A stretch of DNA of 62,247 bases, the filler included, from Choristocarpus tenellus KU-1152 (taxonomy: Eukaryota; Protista; Phaeophyceae), in the NCBI GenBank assembly GCA_964200185.2. It is 11 parts of 11 records of this genome, joined end to end, with 100 filler letters (N's around TTAATTAATTAA, not from the genome) between each part and the next. Parts side by side here need not be neighbours in the genome. Positions count along the whole stretch, not along the records: positions 10,550 to 16,630 come from CAXNAD020008987.1; positions 16,731 to 22,534 come from CAXNAD020009714.1; positions 22,635 to 25,595 come from CAXNAD020023339.1; 8 more parts are not named here. One strand, given 5' to 3'. Both the position numbers and the translations under genes were made by a program. Under the pieces are notes generated by a model. The model saw only the letters and a program-made list of their open reading frames with translations. It was not told the DNA's origin and searched no databases. Numbering within the stretch: the stretch's first letter is position 1; every line of letters begins with the position of its first letter. Positions 12,647-23,021 of this stretch are shown piece after piece.

Positions 12647-14700
12647 TTTTAACACTGATCCCCAATCAGGTCGCCTTACATCACCGCGAAATCAATCAAG
12701 ACCTATGATGCTATCCTAAAGGTGACTGTTAACAATATACTGTGCAAGGCTTTCGGAGCTTATCCTTCGCACGCAGCTCACTACAACGTAGATTGTCCAC
12801 GCAGAACTCGGCACAATGGCCACGGAAGCCACTCTGTCGAAGGATTTGCTGGACATCGTGGTGTGGTCTCTACCTCTGGACTTCAAGTTTCACAGGAGTC
12901 GAAGGCTGAGGTTGGGCAGAGCATACGCGGTGGTGATTGCGGTGTGTCAAGAGGGGGACTCGTGCTTGATTGAGTAGATCAGTCAATCATTGTGAAAATA
13001 GAAATCAAAGAGAGGGGTTGCGACTGCGACGAAGAGCGTGTATTCTTGACCGAGCTGGATGATGAGGGCTGTCTGGCTGGTTACTGTCTGATGAACTTTT
13101 AGGCATAACAGTGGAGCTACAATAACAACGAAGAGTTTAGGGTTGCACACAGACAGATGAGACAAGGAGGATCGCGACTCTTCTTCTCCTGTGAAAAAAC
13201 TCGCCCTGGGAGAGGAGAAACAGCCCCCCAAGCCATATACTGGACTATGGACAGATGGATGTCTAAGTAACTTGATTTCAGTGAGGAAAATCAGTTGATT
13301 TTGGTGATGAAAATCGCCCTCTCGCCCATCGCACCACAACCAAGTCAGACCTATCAAATGATGTTAGGAGTGATTCAAGGGTCACATCAAGCTTTATTTC
13401 GACGAAAAACTTCACTCCTATCAGAAGTTAGACCAGTACACGTTTGTCCCAGCCAACCCAAGTGCTGCAAGACCTACATCGCACAAGGATAAGACTCAAA
13501 CTGCTCTGGGTAGCATGGCAGATGCGCGGGCTATGTTTGCTAACGTGTCTCACTCTTTAACCGGGTCAGCCGAAACCCCGATCGTCAGGCAGGAACTGGG
13601 ACTACCTCGCCAGAACAGGACATCCATGCGAGAAGCGGTAACAAGCCAAATTTCACTGCCACACCAAGAGGCTGTCAACAATGTACTGGCAGACCTCGCA
13701 CCGATGCTTCAACCTGTTTTAGTCCGGAACATCTCGCCGGCTGTATGTGCTGCCTTAATCAACCAACCTGCCTCTATTCCTGGGAAACATGGGACCTCGT
13801 TCGTTCCAAAAAGGAATGCATCAAAATCAGTTGGATCAATCACACCCGTTCCCCAACCTGTGCTTCACAATGCACCTTAGCCACAGACAGGACGAGCGAT
13901 ACAAGTCGATATCATCGGGTAAAGACTTACCTACATCGTCCGCTTCCCCAGACGAAATTGTTACACGACCAAAGGCACACCTGGTTTGCTTTCATCATGC
14001 CTATGGTCAAGACTGCTTCAGGTCCATAAGTGGCGAGTGCAGGTACACACACGACGACTCGGCAGTTCCCAAAGGATACTTCTCGTACCTTTCGAGAACC
14101 CACCAGGGATTTCCAGCTGCTGAATCTACTGAAGAATTGCGTACAATGGTAGGCTTAACAGACACACATCTCTAATACCTAGCAGCGATGCAAGACTCGG
14201 AACTCCCTACACTATTCGCGAGAAGCCCAACCGATTCAGACGCTTAGAGTCGTCTTGAAGCTGTGCCGTGGGGTCTCAGTCTCCAGGAAACCCTGTCACT
14301 CCAACTTATAGATAGTAAGACTCCCATTCCCAACTTGACAATATTCGCCATGACACCTGCCCATCGTACTAGTCAAGTGTGGCAATCTGCCCTGCTATGG
14401 CATCCCCTGCAGTAGCAGCAGACCCTTGTCAGCCCCTAGCGAATGGCATTGTAGTACAAAAGAAAGTTCTAAAACGGATAGTTGTCAGACTGGATAACAA
14501 AAACAGAAGCAACGGACAGCTTTACCTCACTACAGTGGGATGTTTTTCGTGCCGTCTTGGATCCTTACAATCCCAACACAAGACTGCGCCCAACTAATGT
14601 TCCCGCCCAAGAAAGACTCTTGCCCTGAGAGGATGTATCGTGTCTCTTCCCTATAAGTACCAGTGTCAAAGATTCGTGGAAGGACGAAAGAGGAAGAGAC
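12647..14700 (+). pseudogene. Decayed unidentified element containing a CCCH-like zinc finger (possibly retroelement gag-like)
   Basis: Broken ORFs 12722-14175. CFHHAYGQDCFRSISGECRYTH = C-x8-C-x7-C-x3-H. No intron structure evident. Confidence 0.4.
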
Positions 14701-15168
14701 AGGTAGTGCATAGGTCCAGGTTTCGACTCCAAGTCACTCTACTAGAGGGTATGGTTTAAGGATGGGGTTGGGAGGAATTCGACAGGAAAGAAATGAGTAG
14801 CTTCTACGAAGGATCTCCCAGCAGGTAACAGCTATATACCCAAAAGATACAAGATGGGGATTAGTTATTGCATGCTAGAACAAGGGAACAGGGTATCGAT
14901 AGTCATAGATAGCCACTATAAGGAACGTAGGATAGTAGAAGTTGGAACGAAGAAGCAGTACACATCAGATGACATAGGAATATATATATATATATGGGTT
15001 GTGTAATGTTGGTTTTATAAAAATGTACTTTTTTTTCCCCCTCTTTACCGCAAATGATTCCTGTAATGTTTTTTTTTAATATATCTCACGATTCTGTTAT
15101 TTCATGATTTTTTTTTGTTCTAATCCTCTTATTTTTTATATTTTATTTATACTTTGTTTTTCATTTTT

Positions 15169-15427
15169 AAGTGAAAGTATCTTAGAGGGTATGAGTTTTG
15201 CCCTGTTTGCCCATTTGGGCCTTGGCTTCCCACGGGTATTTTACGGCCTTTTACTTACTCCAAAATGTTTCGGAGTCGGTAAAATGTGTATGTTATGAAA
15301 AGGGGTGTCTGGAACAAGGATATTGACATCTCTTAACAAACATGTAGCCAAAATTTCGTCAAAATTGCAACATTGGATTTTGGCCCCCCAAATGGACACG
15401 GCTCTACCCTCTAAGGTACTTTGACTC
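15169..15427 (-). mobile_element. MITE family A, full copy, TSD TTT
   Basis: TTT|AAGTGAAAGTATCTTAGAGGGTA...TACCCTCTAAGGTACTTTGACTC|TTT. Confidence 0.9.
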
Positions 15428-15659
15428 TTTTGTTGCTCTCATCATCTACGTTTGGTTTTTTCTACCTCCAAAAAAACCCGACATATTATACGTAATAAAC
15501 ATATAATTGCCTGTTTCGCGCACTTGCCACCTTGAGTATGTTTTGTGCTTGGGAGCATAGGACAGGCAATTAGCAGATATCCAGGAGATCAGGAATAGTG
15601 TAGGGGTTGTGAGACTATTTCCTTCATAGCACTTACGATCTAGACATAGAACACCCTTG

Positions 15660-16295
15660 CAGTCTATGGACTGGAAACGCATGCATTTACATTAATCACA
15701 TTTGTGATCAGGGACATTAGAACTGGGGACCCATTTATTCTATAGACCATGTCAGAGATGTGTGCTTTGTGACTTTTTGAACCAGATCTCCAAAAAGGAA
15801 AAGTGTACACTCAGATTAGACCAGAGGCAATTTGACTCTCGGGTTGCATCCTGTGACCTTGTGGACAGACACTTCCAAAGGGAACAAGGATATATATTAA
15901 TCTCATTTTTGATTGGGGAGATCGGAACTGGGGACCCATTTATTTAAGGCCATATGTCAGAGATGTATGTGCTTTGTAACGTTTGATCAGACCTACAAAA
16001 GGAGCAAGTGTACTCTTGGACTAGACCGAAGGCAAATTGACTGAGAATATAATTCTGCGGCCTTGTGGACAGACACTTCCAAAGAGGGAACAAAGATACA
16101 AATTAACCACAGTTATGTTCAGGGAGATCGGAACTGGGGACACATTTGTTCTAGGCCACGTCAAAGATGTATGCTTTGTAACTTATGGACCTCCAAAAAG
16201 AAGCAAGTATACACTTGGATTAGGCCAGATGATAACTGACTCTGATATACTGTAACCTTTGGGACAGATTTCTCCCAACAAATACAAGGATATGT
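15660..16295. repeat. Degenerate tandem repeat, ~205-bp unit x3
   Basis: ATTAAYC...GAACTGGGGAC(C/A)CATTT...AGATGT...GCTTTGT...GGACAGA recurs at about 15691, 15896 and 16102. Confidence 0.85.
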
Positions 16296-16348
16296 GTTGA
16301 TCTATTTTGGACCTAGTCGGAGTTATATGTTTTTTTAAAGTGTATATA

Positions 16349-16630
16349 CAGTAAGGGTCCCACTTTAGTGCTGCCCGGAATAGTTCATGTCCCGCAACAG
16401 TGCGGTTAAAATCGCTTGGAACGACTTCGGTCCCTCCATAGTGCGGTTAGGGGGTCATGATGACCCTGAATAGTGCGGTCACCACACATTCTCTCTCTAT
16501 ACACCACACACACAGAGAGAAAACCTGTCATACTGTACTACAGCAGTACTGCTGTTGTACAGCAGTAGGCGTGTACCACGCGATGCCCTGTGCTGCAGGT
16601 GAGCTATGCCTGTTTCCCGACATGACCCCA
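16349..16630 (+). mobile_element. Possible pogo/Tc1-mariner-type transposon end running into contig end
   Basis: TA|CAGTAAGGGTCCCACTTTAGTGC with subterminal AGTGCGGT repeats at about 16399, 16440 and 16472. Confidence 0.35.
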
Positions 16631-16730
16631 NNNNNNNNNNNNNNNNNNNNNNNNNNNNNNNNNNNNNNNNNNNNTTAATTAATTAANNNNNNNNNNNNNN
16701 NNNNNNNNNNNNNNNNNNNNNNNNNNNNNN

Positions 16731-16750
16731 CCTCTAAGATACTATCACTC
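16731..16750 (+). mobile_element. MITE family A, terminal fragment inserted in 18S pseudogene (contig start)
   Basis: CCTCTAAGATACTATCACTC directly abuts 18S sequence CAATCACTCTACAAACTAAGAACGGCCATGCACC. Confidence 0.75.
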
Positions 16751-16863
16751 CAATCACTCTACAAACTAAGAACGGCCATGCACCACCACCCATAGAATCA
16801 AGAAAGAGCTCTCAATCTGTGTATCCTCACTATGTCTGGACCTGGTAAGTTTCCCCGTATTGA

Positions 16864-17124
16864 GAGCCAAAGTATCTTAGAGGGTAGAGCCGCGTCCATT
16901 TGGTGGTCAAATCCAATGTTTCGATTTTGATATAATTTTGACTATCGTGTTTGTTAGGAAGTGTCAATATCTATGCTTCGGACACACCTTTTCATAGCGT
17001 ATACATTTTACCTACTACCCCTAAACATTTTGGAGTAGGAAAATGTCATAATAAAAACATGGGAAGCCAAGCCCCAAATGGATAAATAGGACAAAAGTCG
17101 TACCCTCTAAGATACTTTCCAACT
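16864..17124 (+). mobile_element. MITE family A, full copy in 18S pseudogene, TSD TGA
   Basis: TGA|GAGCCAAAGTATCTTAGAGGGTA...TACCCTCTAAGATACTTTCCAACT|TGA. Removal restores the conserved CCCCGTRTTGAGTCAAATTAAGC. Confidence 0.93.
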
Positions 17125-17273
17125 TGAGTCAAATTAAGCTGCAGGCTCCACTCCTGGTGATACCCTTCCGTCAATTTCTTTACGTTTCAGCCTTGCGACC
17201 ATACTCTCCCTCGCACCCAAAGACTTTGATTTCTCGAAAGGTGCTGGCGGAGTCGTCAAGAAAAAACGACTGA

Positions 17274-17538
17274 GAGTCAAAGTGTCTTAGAGGGTAGAGC
17301 TGTGTCCATTTGGGGGCCAAACTCCAACGTTCCAATTTTGATGCAATTTTGGCTATATCTATAGCGTTTGTTAGAAGATGTCGATATCCTTGTTCCAGAC
17401 ACTCTTTTCCATAACGTACACATTTTACCTACTCGGAAACATTTTGGAGTGGGTAAAATGTCATTATATACTTGTGGGAGGCCAAACCCCAAATGGACAA
17501 ACAGGGAAAAGCTCGTGCCCTCTAAGATACTTTCACTC
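17274..17538 (+). mobile_element. MITE family A, full copy in 18S pseudogene, TSD TGA
   Basis: TGA|GAGTCAAAGTGTCTTAGAGGGTA...TGCCCTCTAAGATACTTTCACTC|TGA. Flanks are contiguous 18S sequence. Confidence 0.93.
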
Positions 17539-18606
17539 TGACAATCCCTAGTCGGCATAGTTTATGGTTAAGGCTACGATGGTATCTAGTCATCTTTGAT
17601 CCCTAACTTTCGTTCTTGATTGATGAAAACATCCTTGGCAAATGCTTTCGCAATGGTTCATCTTCCATAAATCCAAGAATTTCAACTCTGAAAATTGAAT
17701 GCAAATACCCCCAATCGTTCCTGTTAAACACTACCACAATGTGCAAACTAACAAAATAGACCGCCGTGGCCCTATCTCATTATTCCATGCTAATGTATCC
17801 AACGACCTAAGCCTGCTTTGAACGTTCTATTTTTTTCACAGTAAAAGACAGGCGCCGGACAACCCGACAACCTAATGCCAGGCACCGACTACCCAAGAAT
17901 GGAACAAGCCCTAGAGGTAACCCGATCGCCTCGTCAAGGAGGACGGAACCTAGCGACCGACTCACAAATCCAACTATATGCTTTTTTACTCCAGCAACTT
18001 ATGTATACGCTATTGGAGCTGGAATCCCCGAGGCTGCTGGCATTAGACATACCCTCCAATTGATCCTCAATAAGGGATTTATATGGTTCTCATTCCAATT
18101 GCCGGACACAAAAGAGCCCAGCATTGCTATATATTGTCACTACCTCCCTGTGTCAGGATTGGGTAATTTACCCGCCTGTTGCATTCCTTGGATGTTGTAG
18201 CCGTCTCTCAGGCTCCCTCTCCGAAATCGAACCCCAATTCCCCGTTACCCGTTAAGGCCACAGTAAGCCAATACCCTACCATCCACAGCTGATAGGACAG
18301 AAACTTGAATGAAACGTTGCTGTGGAGGCCTGCAATCCGCAAGTGATCATGATTCACCACTAGCTGGCCGAAGTCACATTGGTTTCAGTCTAATCAATGC
18401 AGCCTGTCCACCGAAGCGGTTGGGCCTAAAGGGCATGTATTAGCTGTAGAAGTACTACGGTTATCCATTAGCAGCAGACTTTCAAATAAACTATGACTGA
18501 TATAATGAGCCAATCGCAGTTTCACAGTACAAGTCGCTGATACTTAGACATGCATGGCTTAATCTTTGAGACAAGCGTATGACTAGTGGCAGAATCAAAC
18601 AGATTA

Positions 18607-20400
18607 CCAACCGCCCTTCCCCCTTCAAACCACACCTCTACAACCCCCGTCCCGACCGCCCCGCCCCTCCCAACCACACACAACTCGCAGATGACAGCTG
18701 ACGGCGCAGAGACCAACACAGTCACAGAGTCTGAGAGCGAGGGACAAAACGACCTACTGAGAGAAAGAGATACGCCCAAAGGGATAAAAAAAAAAACACA
18801 AACCCCGTGCGCAACTGCCTCATGCCACAACTATGTTGCCTCCCTGGACTTCACTACCTCCTAAACGGAAGAGGAACGCTGTTGCCGCCCCAGACTCGCG
18901 CAGCCGCGCCGATGAACAACTCAATCAACATACATGCCGCGAACCCAACACAATCCTGCCCCAAACACGCTGCACATCCGGCGCAACCAACCCCCACGCG
19001 AGCCCTTATGCTACGCAACACCTGTCCCCGCTTCCCCACGTCCGACAGACAATCCCCACCCTCGCAAAAAAAAACATTTCGAAACCGCCACGGGAAACCA
19101 AGAACACCCATATCAGACTCTAGCGACACGGAAATCGAAAGCGCGCGCGACAACGACATGCACAAAACAGGGCCCAAAGAAGAACAAAATTGATAAACGC
19201 GCCCAACAATGCCCCCTACACCTCAACCACGTAAGGGGGAACTGAAGAGAACACACAACCAACCCTGCTCCTCCCTAAAACCCCCACACCTTCACGAAAC
19301 TTACAGCTGTCTTGGACACTTAGAAAATGTGCAAACCACACCGAACTCGACACAGTCAACTGCCCGGAGCAAGCAAACAACCGAAACACCGATGGATGAG
19401 CGACTGAGCACACACACACGAAACCGCAGAAAATATTATTAAATCAAAAATTGAAAAAAGGACACAGTCAGTAGATCTCACACAACAATGCACTTCGCGC
19501 CCCCCCCTCTCTGTGCCCCCGTATGTCTATACCCGTCAAACACATTCACCAGGCCACATGCCACGTCTTATGCTCGACGCCGACCACAAACAACAACGAA
19601 AAACACCACGCTGCCGCCAGCCACGTGCGAAAACCCGAGCCGCAGCCCCAGGAACCCACCGTGAAACCCGCAACGAACGAAACAGAATGATACTGCAAAC
19701 GAGCTAATGTATGTTTCAAATGCAAAATACAATCGTGTACCACACTGTATACCCGAATACAACACCCCCAACCTATATAAATCAAGCCTTGCAGGTACAA
19801 CCCTCCTCGCACGAATCCGACAACGCCACGGCAGGGATATATACCCACACACATACCCACATGAGCACAAAAAGACAAAACTCCAGAGCCACAACAAAAC
19901 CACACACCAACGCCCCGCCCCGTCACCCCCATGCGCACGCGACCTCTTGACGTTGAGCCCAGCCAAACTGATGTGATGTGCGTCAGACGCGCGAACGGCT
20001 CGCGGTGACCCTGACATGAACTGTGGATTCAAACCACCGAACCCTACATTGTGTTTCCTGTTCTCACTGAGCCAATGTATCTTAGAGGGTAGGGCCGCGT
20101 CCATTTGGGTCCAAAATCCAATGTTGCAATTTTGATGTAATTTTGGCTATCGTGATTGTTAGGAAGTGTCAGTATCCTTGTTCCAGACACACCTTTTCAT
20201 ATTGCATACATTTTTCCTACTCCGAAACATTTTGGAGTAGGAAAATGCAATAAGAAACCCTTGTGAAGCCAAGCCCCAAATGGAAGAACAGGGCAAACTC
20301 GTACCCTCTAATATATTTTAACTCGTTCGTCACAACCAATCACACTGGATATTGACCCACACACGCCACTCTGAGCCTGTCAACATACACCCACCATGCC
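18607..20400 (-). other. Probable 5' ETS / intergenic spacer of the rDNA copy
   Basis: Immediately upstream of the 18S 5' end, with strong C/A strand skew and CpG richness unlike the rest of the window. The far boundary is approximate. Confidence 0.6.
20069..20324 (+). mobile_element. MITE family A, full-length copy in rDNA spacer (TSD not evident)
   Basis: GAGCCAATGTATCTTAGAGGGTAG...GTACCCTCTAATATATTTTAACTC. Confidence 0.88.
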
Positions 20401-21699
20401 ACAATCTCATCTCTCACTTCCTTTCTGAACCTCGTCTCTGGTGGTTCTCATCACCCTCCATCACACAGAACCAGGCCCCTTAACACTGGTACTCACGCCC
20501 ATCTGTTTTAGGGGGTCACCAGAGACGTAGGGCCACGCCACAGTCGCGGACGGGAAGGAGGTGCAACCAACCCAACAGGTTGTTGACCCTAGCCAGAAAG
20601 CCCAGACCACTTCAACAAATAAAGCAGCATCATCAGGGAAGCGTAGGTTGACAGGAAGGATAATCCAATATCTCGAACGTGCAGGTCCTGGGCCCCGTCA
20701 AAAGGGCTATTACACCCTTGACGGTTCACTTCAACAACATGCCTGGGTCCAATGCCTGGCTGATGGCCTTCCACGCAACCCGGACCGGACCCAATAACAA
20801 GAATCGACCGAAGATGACGAGTATGAGGGGAAAAGGAGTTCCATATCCCTGACAACTTCTTCATTCAACTCCGCATTGTCACATACGTCTAACACAGTTT
20901 TGGAATTGGAGAGAGTGGAGCACGCTAGACCAGCTGACACCCTTTGGGCAAACCTCTAGGGTTGGCCAGTACTGGTTATCAGTTAAAAGCATAAAAGCCT
21001 CCACCTTGGCATTCAGGTCAACCTGCAACAGATGGTTGATTGCTGTGGAATTAACCTTGAACGTATATACCCACAGCACTACAACTTGCAGACATCTTGA
21101 CAAAATGATTATGGAAGAAGCAGGTAAAAGACTTCGAAGACACCGTGTGAAAGGTTACGGGATATTCCGATTGTTGGTGTGCAAATCCATTTTGATACAT
21201 GTGGGCTGAGGGTTAGGATTGACATCTAGGACATATATATGTAATTAGAGATAGATTGTTACCTACTTTGTGTGCCTCCGCTGTTGTTGATCCGAATCAA
21301 TTATGCCCCTTCCTATCCAATCTCTGTCAAACAGCTCAATTCATTCCCGGCCCATCAATGCCATACCATGAAAGTTGAAAAAAATGTGTCTTTTGTCTCA
21401 CACTTCAGAAATGAGTCAAACGACTACACAGAGGCCACCAAGCTTGGAAGAGTGAAGGAAGATGGCGGAGTTATGGCATTGCAGGAGATGGAGTTTGTAT
21501 ATGTTGAACAACATAACCTCAAACCATTGAATGAAATACGTAAGGAATTCACAACACTAAAGTATCACCCGCAACATATGGTCGAATCAAGTATTTGGTA
21601 TAGAAACTACTTTTCATGGAACAGAATTGACATTGACTGGGGGCGTGATGTTGGAATTGGGAGTATCCAGAAGATATTGTTGGCAACAGGCAGCAATCA

Positions 21700-22110
21700 T
21701 TTCTGCACATTGGGGCAATTCATGTGAACGATAGAATGTATCAGAGGCACGATCATTAACCGAATCTATATTCTAAGTCCATGAGTGAATGCGGTCATCG
21801 GCAAAGTGTATATCCCACAACAGCTTCAATAATATATGGACCAATTGTTATGGGGGACTCAGAACCATCAAGGTCCAGTAAGGGCAAAGTGTGGCCAAGG
21901 AAAAGCTCGTTGGGCTTCGTGAAGTCAGGCTCAGGTAGTTGTGTGTTCGGTATGTAAGGTTTCAAGTAGGCCGAATGGACAGAAATATCTCTGATGTTGC
22001 CCTGTTTTAGGATGCAGTAGGCCACAAGAGAGATCTCGGCAGTCACTGTGAAAGGTTCAGGCCAGTGGTGAATCAATTTTAAGTTGAGCCCATCACGATC
22101 ATTGTGTGTT
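21700..22110 (-). mobile_element. Ty3/Gypsy (chromovirus-like) integrase C-terminal fragment
   Basis: LKLIHHWPEPFTVTAEISLVAYCI...SVHSAYLKPY resembles the GPF/Y (Tf2 SH3-like) module, followed by PYIIEAVVGY...DLEYRF, a chromodomain-like start. Degraded. Confidence 0.6.
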
Positions 22111-22286
22111 CAAGAAGTTGATGCTCCCCAAGATTTGCGTACATACATTTCTTAGGTCATTCCTTTATTGGGTTGTACGAGTTGCTCATGAAGTAAGGAA
22201 GGAGAAAGGAGTAGTGAACCCTTCAAACCCATGGGGGGGATCCTTGCCACCAAAAGCAATCCTATTCTCTGGATCACTAATCACTA

Positions 22287-22534
22287 GAGTGAAAGTATCT
22301 TAGAGGGTACGAGATTTGCCCTGTTTGTCCATTTGGGACTTGGCTTCCCACAGGTGTTTTATGACATTTTCCTACTCCGATATGTTTAAGAGTAGGTAAA
22401 ATTTATATGTTATGAAAAGGTGTGTCCGGAGCAAAGATATTGACACTTCCTCAAAAGCACGATAGTCAAAATTACATCAAAATCGGAACATTGGATTTTG
22501 AACCCCAAATGGACGCGGCTCTACCCTCTAAGAT
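22287..22534 (-). mobile_element. MITE family A, near-full copy cut by contig end
   Basis: GAGTGAAAGTATCTTAGAGGGTACGAG...CTACCCTCTAAGAT. Confidence 0.9.
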
Positions 22535-22979
22535 NNNNNNNNNNNNNNNNNNNNNNNNNNNNNNNNNNNNNNNNNNNNTTAATTAATTAANNNNNNNNNN
22601 NNNNNNNNNNNNNNNNNNNNNNNNNNNNNNNNNNCTTCTTCCCTCTCTTTTTGTGGGGGTGTTTTTTTTTTTTTTTTTTTTTTTGTTTTTTTTTTCTTTA
22701 TGTTTCACGTTTTTTTTTTTTTTTTTTTACACTGGTCTTGTCTTTTGCCACACCCGATTCATCTATTAGCAATTGATTGTTATGTACGTATCTGTGTATT
22801 TACCGAATCAATTCGCGATTTTGGAGGGGCATCTAGGAGCAGGCATTTTTCTTCTCTTTGCCTGTCCTCTGATCGTGGTCGTGGGGAGGTTTTATTTTTT
22901 TTGTTGGAGGGGGTGGGAGTTGGTTGGGATATGCGAGGCTTTTTAATTTTGCTGTCAGTTTGCCAGCAAGCAAGGGGGC

Positions 22980-23021
<42 letters not shown>

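Larger units (their letters stand above)
16751..18606 (-). pseudogene. 18S rRNA: Degenerate 18S (SSU) rRNA gene copy, 5' ~1.3 kb, interrupted by MITEs
   Basis: The minus strand begins with the canonical 5' end (...TAGTCATACGCTTGTCTCAAAGATTAAGCCATGCATGTCTAAGTA) and is colinear with SSU rRNA to GGTGGTGCATGGCCGTTCTTAGTT. Universal motifs are mutated (GCCAGCAGCCGCGGTAA reads GCCAGCAGCCTCGGGGA). Confidence 0.95.

Noticed and set aside
16864-17538. 18S insertions as group I or spliceosomal introns
   Set aside because: They have TIRs and 3-bp TSDs, and the same element occurs outside rDNA. No group I core or splice signals were seen.
18522-20104. Overlapping ORFs of 90-180 aa upstream of 18S
   Set aside because: Low-complexity products of the C/A-skewed rDNA spacer.
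20500-21727. Possible gag or RT remnants next to the Gypsy fragment, and the 151-aa ORF at 21272
   Set aside because: Only vague motifs (CFIC-like, RGLPKG); too degraded to assign.
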